From positions 13,683 to 77,682 of the forward strand of contig CAZODM010000001.1 in the NCBI GenBank assembly GCA_964578585.1: DNA of 64,000 nucleotides, read 5' to 3'. This DNA comes from an uncultured Desulfobacterales bacterium (GTDB lineage Bacteria > Desulfobacterota > Dissulfuribacteria > Dissulfuribacterales > JAMONC01). Made by a program: the position numbers and the translations under genes. Below are positions 51,126-61,127 of the stretch, in pieces (the stretch's first letter is position 1; the number at the start of each line of letters is the position of its first letter). The notes under the pieces are model-generated. The model was not told the origin of the DNA and made no database searches. It worked only from the letters and a program-made list of their open reading frames with translations.

Positions 51126-52958
51126 ATGGCAAAGTGGAATCCAAACAGAGGACTTTTAGACCACGAACACACTAGGCACTGGCAACACACATTAAAAGAT
51201 GTGTTAGAGCCCAATCTAATGAGAGAAATCTTTCCTTATGATGAAGTATGTAAAATAGACTTTGACTATAAATATCTTATACCAACTCCATCTCGTGAAA
51301 TGCTTATTACCGATACTACATTTAGGGATGGACAGCAGGCAAGACCACCATATAGTGTAGAGCAAATATCAACAATTTTTGATTTTCTACATCGTCTTGG
51401 AGGACCCAAGGGGATAATTAGGCAGAGTGAATTCTTCCTCTATACCAAAAAGGATAAGCAGGCAGTAGAAAAGTGCCTTGAAAAAGGCTATGAATATCCT
51501 CAAGTAACTGGCTGGATTAGAGCTAAAAAGGAAGACCTTAAGCTTGTAAAAGAAATGGGGCTTGATGAAACAGGAATCCTTACTTCTGCCTCTGATTATC
51601 ACATATTTTTAAAACTAAAAAAGACTAGAAAACAGGCAATGGAAGACTATCTCTCTATTGTTAAAGCTGCTCTTGAACTTGGCATAAAGCCTAGATGCCA
51701 TTTTGAAGATATAACACGAGCAGATATATTTGGTTTTTGTGTACCCTTTGCAATTGAATTAATGAAGTTAAGAGAGGAAACAGGAATAGATATTAAGATT
51801 AGACTTTGTGATACATTGGGATATGGAGTCACATATCCTGGTGCAGCACTTCCAAGAAGTGTTCCTAAACTTGTACGTGCTATGATAGAAGAAGCTGGTG
51901 TGCCAGGAGAACTGCTTGAATGGCATGGGCACAATGATTTTCATAAGGTAGTTATAAACGCTACTACCGCATGGCTATACGGATGTGGGGCAATAAATGG
52001 TACATTACTTGGTTTTGGTGAAAGAACAGGTAATACCCCAATCGAAGCACTTCTTATAGAAAGAATCCAGCTTAGAGGTACAACTGATGGTATAGATACC
52101 CTAGCTATTACTGAAATGGCAGATTACTTTAGGAAAAAACTTGGAGTACATATACCTGCTAACTATCCACTTGTTGGTGATGACTTTAATGCAACAAGTG
52201 CAGGAATACATGCAGACGGACTCCTTAAAAATGAGGAAATTTATAATATATTTAATACAGGCAAGATTCTTGGAAGACCACCTTCAGTAGTAGTAAACGA
52301 CAAAAGCGGCACCGCAGGTATTGCCCATTGGATTAACTCTCACCTTGGACTTACTGGTGAACGAGCTATTGATAAAAGACATCCTGGAGTTGTAAAGATA
52401 TACAAGGCAATAATGAAACAATATGACGAAGGTCGTGTCACATCAATGTCTAAGGGAGAAATGGAGGCGCTTGCGCGCAAATATCTACCAGAGCTATTTA
52501 CTTCAGAGTTTGACCAACTCAAAAAACGTGCTCATAGCCTTGCATTTCATATTGTTGAAGACCTTGTTGAAAGGACAGAGATTAGGTCTATGGACCCTGC
52601 CCTTATAGAGCCTGTTTTACAAAGGGTTTTAGAGGAAAATCCATTTATACAGTTCTTATATGTAGTAAATAAAGAAGGACAAAAAATTACCAAAAATATT
52701 ACACACATAGAAGACAGAGCAAAATATGCAAACTTCCAGTTAGACAGTGACTTTTCCTCAAGACCATGGTTTATAGCTCCAATTAAAGATGGCAAAATAC
52801 ATGTATCAGACTTTTATACATCAAGGATAACAGGGGCACTTTGTATAACAGTATCAGGACCTATTAGGAATGAAGAAGATGAAATAATTGGCGTCTTAGG
52901 TATTGATATGAGGTTTGAAGATCTTGCCAAAATGGAAGGCGATGAGGAGGTAGTCTGA
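51126..52958 (+). CDS. HMGL-like (DRE-TIM) homocitrate/isopropylmalate/Re-citrate synthase family enzyme fused to a C-terminal Cache/PDC-like domain
   Basis: ITDTTFRDGQQA, EWHGHNDF and GFGERTGN catalytic motifs. The last ~110 aa (FLYVVNKEGQKI...SSRPWF...HVSDFYTSRITGALCITVSGPI...IIGVLGIDM) match the Cache/PDC pattern. Confidence 0.7.
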   Translation: MAKWNPNRGLLDHEHTRHWQHTLKDVLEPNLMREIFPYDEVCKIDFDYKYLIPTPSREMLITDTTFRDGQQARPPYSVEQISTIFDFLHRLGGPKGIIRQSEFFLYTKKDKQAVEKCLEKGYEYPQVTGWIRAKKEDLKLVKEMGLDETGILTSASDYHIFLKLKKTRKQAMEDYLSIVKAALELGIKPRCHFEDITRADIFGFCVPFAIELMKLREETGIDIKIRLCDTLGYGVTYPGAALPRSVPKLVRAMIEEAGVPGELLEWHGHNDFHKVVINATTAWLYGCGAINGTLLGFGERTGNTPIEALLIERIQLRGTTDGIDTLAITEMADYFRKKLGVHIPANYPLVGDDFNATSAGIHADGLLKNEEIYNIFNTGKILGRPPSVVVNDKSGTAGIAHWINSHLGLTGERAIDKRHPGVVKIYKAIMKQYDEGRVTSMSKGEMEALARKYLPELFTSEFDQLKKRAHSLAFHIVEDLVERTEIRSMDPALIEPVLQRVLEENPFIQFLYVVNKEGQKITKNITHIEDRAKYANFQLDSDFSSRPWFIAPIKDGKIHVSDFYTSRITGALCITVSGPIRNEEDEIIGVLGIDMRFEDLAKMEGDEEVV

Positions 52959-53026
52959 TAAGAAAAGGGCATAGCGAGTATGGAGTTATAAGAAAAAAAT
53001 GGACAGGAAGGATATCCATTGCCCTT

Positions 53027-54679
53027 TTGTTCCCCAACAAATATGCTGTAGGAATGTCCAATTTGGGCTTACAGGTCCTCTATGGACTACTAAATTCTTA
53101 TGATGAAGTTATAGCAGAAAGATTTTTTGTTCCAGAAGATCAATGCGACCTAGAAGAATGGCGCTCAGTAGAATCAAATCATCTGCTGAGCGCTTTTGAT
53201 ATTATATTGCCATCCATAAGCTTTGAAACAGACTATCTGAATCTAGTAAGGGCTTTATATTCTGCTAAAATTCCTATTTATGCCAAAGAAAGAAAAGATA
53301 GCGACTCACTTGTCATAGGCGGAGGGATTGCTCTTCTTATAAATCCTGAACCTGTAGCTCCATTTCTTGATGCTATATTTTTGGCAGAAGCAGAATCCAT
53401 AATGGATTCATTTATAAAGATATTACCAAAGCTTATAACTAAAAGCTCTAGAGAAGCTAAGCTTTCTATATTACTGGAAAATGTACCTGGTACCTATGTT
53501 CCCTCTTATTATGAGCCTATATGGAAAGATAATAAGCTAATGGACTGGAAAGTAAAAGATAGGCTACCATCTAAAATCCAAGTTAAAAAGGTACTAAATC
53601 ATAAAAAAATAAAAATTGCTCCTCATAGCTTTGTTCTCTCTGAAGAGGCAGCATTTTCAAATATGTTTTTAGTAGAAGTAGCAAGAGGATGTGGCAGAGC
53701 TTGTAGATTTTGTGCAGCAGGCTTTGTATATAGACCACCAAGACCATGGAGCCCTGAGGCAATAGAAAATGCCATTTCTTTAGCACCTAGAAACTGTTCA
53801 ATAGGACTTGTAGGGTTAGAATTTGTAGGCAGAGAAGACCTAAATTGGCTAATAGAAAGATTCCTCAAAAAAGGACTTCGATTATCTTTTTCTTCACTAA
53901 GGGCTGATGCTATTAATGATAAATTTGCTCAACTTCTTGTACAATCTGGTGTAAAAACTGCAACCATTGCCCCTGAAGCAGGAAGTAAAAGATTAAGGCA
54001 AGTCATAAATAAACATCTTGATGACCAGGATATTTTAAATGCGGCAGAAATATTGCTTTCAAATGGTATAGAAAACTTAAAATTATACTTTATGATGGGC
54101 TTACCAACTGAAACATTAGAAGATATTGAAGAGATAGTTGAACTTGTCTCTAAGATAAAAAAAATTTTTTTAAAAATTGGTAGAAAAAGAGGCTTCTTGG
54201 GTAGAATTACAGTCAGTGTTAATAATTTTGTCCCTAAAGCTTGGACTCCATTTCAATGGGCGGGCATATTAAAACCAAAAGAACTAAAAAAAAGGCAAAA
54301 AATACTAACAAAAAATCTAAGAAAACAGGCAAATATTAGACTTAATATAGAAAGTGGACGAAATTGGTGGATACAATCTATATTAAGTCGCGGGGATAGA
54401 AGAATCTCTAAAGTTATAGAAGCTGTATCTATACAAGGACAGACCTGGAGAAAGGCCTTTAAACAAACTCGTCTTGATGAGACGTTATTTATTAATCAAA
54501 GAGAGTTAAAAGAGAAATTCCCTTGGGAAATAGTTGGACATCCAATAAAGAGAGAATTTTTAGAAAAAGAATGGCAATTAGCCCAACGCGCAATCCAAAC
54601 TCCATTTTGTAAAGTAGGAATCTGTGAAAAATGCGGAGCTTGTAGTAAAAGCAGAAAAATATCCTCCATAAGCCACTAA
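53027..54679 (+). CDS. B12-binding-like/radical SAM domain protein (start probably upstream, near 52955-52958)
   Basis: FPNKYAVGMSNLGLQ N-terminal motif and a CGRACRFC (CxxxCxxC) cluster. The frame stays open back to 52946 and encodes the family-like SEYGVIRKKWTGRISIALL. Confidence 0.8.
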   Translation: MFPNKYAVGMSNLGLQVLYGLLNSYDEVIAERFFVPEDQCDLEEWRSVESNHLLSAFDIILPSISFETDYLNLVRALYSAKIPIYAKERKDSDSLVIGGGIALLINPEPVAPFLDAIFLAEAESIMDSFIKILPKLITKSSREAKLSILLENVPGTYVPSYYEPIWKDNKLMDWKVKDRLPSKIQVKKVLNHKKIKIAPHSFVLSEEAAFSNMFLVEVARGCGRACRFCAAGFVYRPPRPWSPEAIENAISLAPRNCSIGLVGLEFVGREDLNWLIERFLKKGLRLSFSSLRADAINDKFAQLLVQSGVKTATIAPEAGSKRLRQVINKHLDDQDILNAAEILLSNGIENLKLYFMMGLPTETLEDIEEIVELVSKIKKIFLKIGRKRGFLGRITVSVNNFVPKAWTPFQWAGILKPKELKKRQKILTKNLRKQANIRLNIESGRNWWIQSILSRGDRRISKVIEAVSIQGQTWRKAFKQTRLDETLFINQRELKEKFPWEIVGHPIKREFLEKEWQLAQRAIQTPFCKVGICEKCGACSKSRKISSISH

Positions 54680-54777
54680 AAGATAAAAAATAACTCACTC
54701 AAATAAAGTTCAATAGTTGAAGCAACAGAGCAATAATATAATTTTTAGTCATTATCTAAACTTAGCTTGAAATATTT

Positions 54778-55340
54778 ATTAAAAGGCTGCCAATAGGGAA
54801 GAATGATTTTAGAAACTTTAGAGAAAAAACTGCTACTTTGTAGATAAGATCGAATTTCTCTCCGAGCGCTTAAATGAGAACAATGAGGCCCTTTTAATCC
54901 CAAAACTTCATAGGCTTGTAAATACTCTAACTGTCCATGCTATGATACTTCTTTGATGTAAACGAAGGTGCAATAAAGTTCTTTAAGGGCCTGAAGATAG
55001 AAACCCTTCCAGAGTTTAAACACTAAGGTAAGTATCCTTTAAGGACCTAAAAAAGCAAATTTTGATGGTTCTTGTGGTCACTTTCAAAGATAATATCTGA
55101 AGGCACAAAGATACCTTAGAGAAGATAGGATTTGATGAAAAAGAAAGGCAAGAGATAAAAGAAATTATATTTAAAAGCAGGCATGGGCTTTTATTTTTAA
55201 AAAGGTTTAGTAAGTATTTAAAAGAAACCTGTGGTAAGAAGCCCATAATTATTTTAGATGACTATGACACGCCAATATATACACCATAGTTAATGGGATA
55301 CTATGAAGACCACTGTGGCAGAGTAAATGTCGCATCTTAG
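54778..55340 (+). pseudogene. decayed remnant of a PF09820-type predicted AAA-ATPase gene
   Basis: Fragments in three frames are broken by stops: KRLPIGKNDFRNFREK, EGAIKFFKGLKIE, and LKETCGKKPIIILDDYDTPIY. This is the order expected for the N-terminal third of the family. The remainder is missing. Confidence 0.5.
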
Positions 55341-55416
55341 TATAGATATCAATCTTATATATATGTTTTTACCTTTAGTGATCTCACAAGATTTAAAATT
55401 ATAAAATTTTACTAAG

Positions 55417-56532
55417 TTAAGCCCCGTTTGCTCCTTTATATATAAATTTTTTCCCTTCCCATGTTTTAAAAACTGCTATATCACCATCTATCTTTTCTAA
55501 AAAATTAGGACCGCAAGGGGCCTTACCTGCCCCATTTGGTAAATCCACAACAAATTTAGGAATACAAAGTCCGCCAATCCTTCCCTCAAGTTTACTTATC
55601 AATTCTTGCCCCTTTTTTATTGATGTCCTAAAATGATCTGTACCTTGTACACAATCACAATGAAAGAGATAATAAGGCTTTATTAACATCGCCTCTAACC
55701 TAGTAAAAAGCTCTGAAAGAATATCCAGATCATCATTTACACCCCTTAAAAGTACCGTTTGATTTGCCATTGCAATACCATTTAGACTTAGAATATCTGC
55801 AGCTTTCTTTGCCTCCTTAGTAATTTCATAAGGATGATTAAAGTGAGTATTTATCCATATGGGTCTATATTTTCTTAACATCTTTCCTAAACTAGAAGTT
55901 ATTCTCATAGGAAGTACAACAGGAATACGCGTTCCTATTCGAATCACATCTACATTTTGTAACTGTCTTATTTTCTTTAAAATATATTCTAAATAATTTT
56001 GGTTTATAAAAAGTGGATCTCCCCCAGAAAGTATTACTTCTCTAATATTTTTATTTCTTTTTATGTAAAAAACTATTTGTTCAATCTCTTTTTTGTTAAT
56101 TACCCAAGGTTTGGTTGACCAAAATCTCTTTCTGTTACAGTGTCTACAATAGCTTGCACAAAGAGAAGTTGTAATAATTAAGACTCTATCTGGATAACGA
56201 TGTATAAGATGAGGAGTAACACTGTATACTCTTTCTGCTAGAGGATCTAGTTGTGAGCCTGGTAATCGAAATTCTATTTCTTCAAGGCTTGGAATTATCT
56301 GTCTAAATATTGGATCACTATAGTCCATCTCGTGACATAATGAAAAATAATATGGAGTAGTAGCAAAATGGTAACTACTTAGAAGAGTTCTAAATTTCTC
56401 TACTTGTTTCTCAGGTATAATCCCAATAGAAGATAAAAAAGAAAAGCCTTTTAAGCGATTCTTAATCTGCCATTTCCAATCTAAAAAAATAACATTTTTA
56501 TAGAATTGTTTCTTAATACCTAAAGTATTCAT
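55417..56532 (-). CDS. KamA-family radical SAM aminomutase (lysine 2,3-aminomutase-like)
   Basis: WKWQIKNRL N-terminal motif, CASYCRHCNRKR cluster and LSGGDPL. Its start overlaps the upstream stop (TAATG). Confidence 0.8.
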   Translation of the reverse strand: MNTLGIKKQFYKNVIFLDWKWQIKNRLKGFSFLSSIGIIPEKQVEKFRTLLSSYHFATTPYYFSLCHEMDYSDPIFRQIIPSLEEIEFRLPGSQLDPLAERVYSVTPHLIHRYPDRVLIITTSLCASYCRHCNRKRFWSTKPWVINKKEIEQIVFYIKRNKNIREVILSGGDPLFINQNYLEYILKKIRQLQNVDVIRIGTRIPVVLPMRITSSLGKMLRKYRPIWINTHFNHPYEITKEAKKAADILSLNGIAMANQTVLLRGVNDDLDILSELFTRLEAMLIKPYYLFHCDCVQGTDHFRTSIKKGQELISKLEGRIGGLCIPKFVVDLPNGAGKAPCGPNFLEKIDGDIAVFKTWEGKKFIYKGANGA

Positions 56533-57944
56533 TAATTTTTGCTGTTATTCCTAAACTCTTCTGCATTTATGTTATATTTTCTTAATAGTCTTTGAAAACT
56601 TTGTCTTTCAAGTCCACTCATTTGGGCAGCTTTAGAGACATTACCATTGGTCCTCTTTAAAGCATTTGTAAGATATTTTGTAGAAAAATCCTCAAGAATT
56701 GAGGACTTTGCAACATTATAAGGCTTAGTTAATAGTTTATCTATTAAGTTGTTGGTATCTATAAATGGAGTTGTTGACCCTATTTCAGAAATATCTGAAG
56801 GTTTTATTGTAGAAGAAGTTGCAAGAACTACAGAACGTTTTATCGTGTTTTCAAGCTCCCTAACATTCCCTTTCCAAGTACGAGAAGAGAGAAATTCTAT
56901 TGTCTCTGGGGCAAAATGGAGATCTTTTTTATTATATTGAATGGAATACTTATTTAAAAAATGCAAAGCTAAAAGAGGAATATCTTCTCTTCTTTCTCTT
57001 AAAGGTGGCACCTTTATATTAACTACATTTAATCTAAAATATAAATCTTCTCTAAAAGAACCATCTACAATCTTCTCTTCCAGATTTTGATTTGTAGAAG
57101 CTATAACTCTAGCATCTACCGATATTGTCTTTGTTGCACCAAGAGGTCTAATTTCTTTTTCTTGAAGAGTTCTTAATAATTTTATTTGAATAGAAATTGG
57201 AATATCTCCTATCTCATCTAAAAATATAGTGGAACCATTTGCAGCAATAAAAAGTCCTTTTTTATCTTGGGTTGCACCTGTAAATGCACCCTTAACATGA
57301 CCAAAAAGTTCACTCTCTAAAAGGTGTTCTGGAATTGCAGGACAATTTACTACAACTAACTCTTTATTCTTTCGAGGACTAAGCTCATGTATAGCTCTAG
57401 CAACGAGTTCCTTTCCTGTTCCACTTTCTCCTGTAATTAATACAGTTGCATCACATTCAGCAACACGTGCGATCATATCTAACATCTTATTAATAGCAGG
57501 AGAATTCCCTACAATACCTCCAGGATGTATAATATTCTCTCTATGAGTCTTTTGTAACCTTAGATTTTCTCGTAAAAGATAAGTCCTCTCAAGAGCTTTT
57601 TCTGTAGTATGAACAAGTCGCTGATTATCAAAAGGCTTTTCTATAAAATCATAGGCACCAACTTTCAATGCCTCTACGGCCATTTCTATAGTACCATAGC
57701 CAGTAATTAAAATAATAGAAATAGTATCATCTATCTCCTTTATAGCATTTAAAAGTTGTATGCCATCCATTCCAGGCATTTTAACATCTGAGATAACTGT
57801 ATCAGGAACTAGTCTATCTAAAATATTTAAGGCTTCATCACTAGATGTAGCAGTATAAACTTCATATAGCTTCCTCTTTTTAAAGAGCCTCTCTAGCATG
57901 GAAACCATATCTTGATCATCATCAATTATAAGAAGCTTTTTCAT
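56532..57944 (-). CDS. sigma-54-dependent response regulator (REC-AAA+-HTH, NtrC family)
   Basis: DVKMPGMDG receiver, GESGTGKE, GAFTGA and ESELFGH motifs, with a C-terminal Fis-type helix-turn-helix. The preferred start is the ATG at 57944. Confidence 0.9.
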   Translation of the reverse strand: MKKLLIIDDDQDMVSMLERLFKKRKLYEVYTATSSDEALNILDRLVPDTVISDVKMPGMDGIQLLNAIKEIDDTISIILITGYGTIEMAVEALKVGAYDFIEKPFDNQRLVHTTEKALERTYLLRENLRLQKTHRENIIHPGGIVGNSPAINKMLDMIARVAECDATVLITGESGTGKELVARAIHELSPRKNKELVVVNCPAIPEHLLESELFGHVKGAFTGATQDKKGLFIAANGSTIFLDEIGDIPISIQIKLLRTLQEKEIRPLGATKTISVDARVIASTNQNLEEKIVDGSFREDLYFRLNVVNIKVPPLRERREDIPLLALHFLNKYSIQYNKKDLHFAPETIEFLSSRTWKGNVRELENTIKRSVVLATSSTIKPSDISEIGSTTPFIDTNNLIDKLLTKPYNVAKSSILEDFSTKYLTNALKRTNGNVSKAAQMSGLERQSFQRLLRKYNINAEEFRNNSKN

Positions 57945-57969
57945 AAAAAACTCCAATAATACATCAAAA

Positions 57970-59586
57970 TTAACAGACAGAGATTAGTTGTTTAAGACGT
58001 TTTTTAGCTTTCTCAGAGGAGCTTGCAGGCAATGTTACTATAAAGATAGTTTTTATCCCTCTAATTACATATTCTTTATCTGAAGGAGGGGAACAAACAT
58101 CTATACTGCCTCCATGTTCTTTTATTATTCCATAAGATATAGAAAGTCCTAATCCACTACCTTGCCCTGGTGCTTTAGTTGTAAAAAATGGATCAAAGAT
58201 TCTCCTTTTTATATTTTCATCTATCCCATCGCCTGTATCACCAACAATGACTTTGACAATACAATCTTCTTCTTCACCTTCAGATTTAGTCCATATATAA
58301 ACAGTACCATTGTCTCCTATAGCATCCTTTGCATTATTTAATAAATTCATCAAAACTTGTGTAAATTTATTCTCATCTGCGATTACCTTCGGTAATTTTT
58401 CATCGAGATATAAGACAATATCTATACCACTTAACTCAAAAGTGTGTTTAACAATTGTTACTGTTTGTTTAATACATTCATTAATTTGAATCTTACTAAT
58501 ATACCTTCTTTCTGAGGATCTAGCAAAACTAAGTAGATCAGAAACTATTCTTTTACAATTTTTGGTCTGTTTCTCTATAATCTTGAGCTCTTCTAAGGCC
58601 TCTTGTTCTTTTATATCTTCTTTTAATAATTGCGTATAACCTAAAATAATTCCTAAAGGTGTATTTAATTCATGAGCTATGCCCGCAGCTAATTGTCCTA
58701 TAGAAGCCATTTTTTCTGAATAAATAAGTTTATCAGTCATTCGTTTAAACGTGGTGATATCCTTTGCAATACCTTCAAATCCAATAATATTGCCACTCTT
58801 TTCTTTTATAGCACCAGCAGTAATAATAAGATAGATAGTTGAGCCATCAACTCTTTTAAATCGAGTCTCAAAATCTACTATATAGCCCTTAGTATATATA
58901 CTATTGTGATATATATCCCAATCTTCAGGCCTTTCAAAAAATTGTTTCATAGGAAGACCAATAATTTCACTTTTTATCTTAAAACCCAACATATTCATCC
59001 CACTAGGATTTATATCTGAAATGCAACCATCTTGATCACAGAAAAATATCGCATCACGAGAGCCTTCAAATAGTCGTCTAAATTTTTGTTCTGATACTAC
59101 TAATGCTTTAGTTCTTTCTCTCACTTTTTCTTCTAATCGCATATTAAAATTTCTAAGCTGCTTATGTGCTATTTCTAGCTCTTCCTTTGCATTCTTTAGT
59201 CTCCTTGCATCTTCTTTAATAACCTCCATAACTTTTTGCACATTTGGAAAATAAAAAGTAAGAACTGCTGCAGAAATAAATGCTATTGAATTTAATCCAC
59301 CAGAATAAGGAGCTATCTTTTCCCAAAGCATAGGATGTTGTGAATATAATAAAAAGCCTTTTAAGGCATGTCCTGTACTACGAGATATAGAAAGTGCAAC
59401 AAAAGTCATACATAACCAAAAAATATAAGTATAAAAGACATTTCTTGTATGAGTCCTTTTTAATATCCATGCATATCTTAGGGCAATAAAAGATAATACT
59501 AACATACAAAGAGAACCAAAAAAATCTACAATATATATAGGATAAAGAGATAATCCCTGCATAGCTTTATAGAGTATCATCCTCAC
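57970..59586 (-). CDS. membrane PAS sensor histidine kinase
   Basis: About four N-terminal TM segments, a coiled coil, PAS domain, H-box [10 protein letters not shown], and HATPase motifs (DTGDGI, GSGLGLS). Confidence 0.9.
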   Translation of the reverse strand: MRMILYKAMQGLSLYPIYIVDFFGSLCMLVLSFIALRYAWILKRTHTRNVFYTYIFWLCMTFVALSISRSTGHALKGFLLYSQHPMLWEKIAPYSGGLNSIAFISAAVLTFYFPNVQKVMEVIKEDARRLKNAKEELEIAHKQLRNFNMRLEEKVRERTKALVVSEQKFRRLFEGSRDAIFFCDQDGCISDINPSGMNMLGFKIKSEIIGLPMKQFFERPEDWDIYHNSIYTKGYIVDFETRFKRVDGSTIYLIITAGAIKEKSGNIIGFEGIAKDITTFKRMTDKLIYSEKMASIGQLAAGIAHELNTPLGIILGYTQLLKEDIKEQEALEELKIIEKQTKNCKRIVSDLLSFARSSERRYISKIQINECIKQTVTIVKHTFELSGIDIVLYLDEKLPKVIADENKFTQVLMNLLNNAKDAIGDNGTVYIWTKSEGEEEDCIVKVIVGDTGDGIDENIKRRIFDPFFTTKAPGQGSGLGLSISYGIIKEHGGSIDVCSPPSDKEYVIRGIKTIFIVTLPASSSEKAKKRLKQLISVC

Positions 59587-60049
59587 TATGGCTTTGAAGG
59601 AAAGATTTTAGACTTAAAACAAAAAACAACATTGCGGGGATACAAAGTAAATGATCAAACCTACCAATATAATATAAAATATGTTCTACATTATAAGGAG
59701 GAAGTAGTTTATGATGCCACATATTTAGAGGTAAATAAAAACTAGAATATGACATTCGTCTATATACAATATGAACCATTAAGGTATCTAAATTCCATGC
59801 CAAAAAGAACCAAAAGGAATAACGTAGCCAACGCCAACCATTTTTATGTTTCTGAGGATGATGTTCTAAAAGATAAAGAATAAAAATTAATGAGGCAGCA
59901 AAAAATATATGCCCCATAATATGTACAAAAAAACCTTCAGGTGGACCATGAATTTGAACGGCAAAGGCTTCTATATCATTAAACAAAATAAAAAATAAAG
60001 CCAAAAGAAGACTTCTTATATATTTAAAGAAATAATTTCTTCTTTTCAT
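59567..60049 (-). CDS. His-rich integral membrane protein, function unknown
   Basis: 160 aa with about four TM segments and many His/Trp residues at predicted helix ends (HGPPEGFFVHIMGH, LEHHPQKHKNGW). Its 3' end overlaps the kinase ORF. Confidence 0.5.
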   Translation of the reverse strand: MKRRNYFFKYIRSLLLALFFILFNDIEAFAVQIHGPPEGFFVHIMGHIFFAASLIFILYLLEHHPQKHKNGWRWLRYSFWFFLAWNLDTLMVHIVYRRMSYSSFYLPLNMWHHKLLPPYNVEHILYYIGRFDHLLCIPAMLFFVLSLKSFLQSHSEDDTL

Positions 60050-60052
60050 GGT

Positions 60053-60826
60053 CTAAAAATCTAATTCTTTTTGTTCATTACATGCAGGACATCCCAAAAT
60101 CTCATCTTGCTCTTTAACTCTTTCAATCTTGGGCAACACTAAAAGATAATGTACAGGTTGATTTGGATCATTACTATATACTAAAAAAACTAATTTTCTA
60201 ATAATAAAGGGGGGAGTTTTAAATTTTACTATAAGAACCTTTTTGTGATGAGGCAAAATAAATAACTTTTTATGAATAAGATCTATATTGTAATGTAACT
60301 CTGATATCTTATTAATAATTAAGGTCTTAGAACCTCGGTTATCTAATTTTATTTTTAGGTAGATATTATCTCCTTTTTTCTTAAATATGTGAATCTTCCA
60401 TGGATCTAACACTAAACGAGGGCCAGGTTGAGGCACACTAATACCCTTTATCTCTAAAAGTAGATTGGGACAGGTAGGATCATCCGATTGAATAGATATA
60501 TATTTTCTAAAAGGACCAGAAATGCCTGCAGAATGAAAAGTTACCATAACTTCTGTAACTTGTGAGGGTTTCAAAATTTTCTTTCCAATTATAGCCCCTG
60601 TACACCCACAAGAAGTTCTAACATGAATAATATGAAGGGGTGCATTTCCACAATTGTCTATTTTAAACCTGGTTTTATATATGGGACCTTCCTTGATCTT
60701 GCCAAAATCAAAAGATAAAGGTCTAGCTTCTATACATGGAGCTTTAGATTTTGCCCAAACAAGGCAAGAAAATAAACAGCTTAAACTTATTATGGTTATA
60801 ATTAATCTCTTTTTTAATCTTTTCAT
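60053..60826 (-). CDS. exported DUF1573-family protein
   Basis: Signal peptide, then a DNCGNAPLHIIHVRTSCGCT motif typical of DUF1573, followed by a second Ig-like beta-rich half. Confidence 0.65.
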   Translation of the reverse strand: MKRLKKRLIITIISLSCLFSCLVWAKSKAPCIEARPLSFDFGKIKEGPIYKTRFKIDNCGNAPLHIIHVRTSCGCTGAIIGKKILKPSQVTEVMVTFHSAGISGPFRKYISIQSDDPTCPNLLLEIKGISVPQPGPRLVLDPWKIHIFKKKGDNIYLKIKLDNRGSKTLIINKISELHYNIDLIHKKLFILPHHKKVLIVKFKTPPFIIRKLVFLVYSNDPNQPVHYLLVLPKIERVKEQDEILGCPACNEQKELDF

Positions 60827-60847
60827 GGCAATCTCTTTAAGATATCA

Positions 60848-61042
60848 CTAACATTCATATAATCTAAGTAATCTTTCAAACATTTCATTATGGATCTCTA
60901 TTTGATTTTTCCCTGTTTCATTTATCATTATCCAAACACAACGCCTAAAAGCTCTATAAAGATCTGCTCTAAGTCTAAGACAAAGTAATTCTGTATCCTG
61001 TAATAGTTCTTTTTCGTCATTATTAGGATTTGACTGGTCCAT
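60848..61042 (-). CDS. small protein, possible ribbon-helix-helix DNA binder
   Basis: 64 aa with AAGAGG SD 6 nt upstream. LCLRLRADLYRAFRRC fits an RHH beta-strand plus helix pattern (weak). Confidence 0.4.
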   Translation of the reverse strand: MDQSNPNNDEKELLQDTELLCLRLRADLYRAFRRCVWIMINETGKNQIEIHNEMFERLLRLYEC

Positions 61043-61079
61043 AATATGCCTCTTTTTAAATAAAAATAAAGATTTTTAA

Positions 61080-61107
61080 ATAATAGCGCAGTAAAATATA
61101 TCTGCAA
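61080..61107 (-). promoter_or_regulatory. sigma-70 promoter candidate for the RHH-to-KamA operon
   Basis: The minus strand reads TTGCAG-N16-TATTAT. Confidence 0.3.
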
Positions 61108-61127
61108 GATATTCAGAGGAATACATA

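Noticed and set aside
55016-55246. A 76-aa minus-strand ORF in the 54.7-55.4 kb gap.
   Set aside because: It lies antisense to the recognisable PF09820-type pseudogene fragments. It has no SD and is low-complexity.
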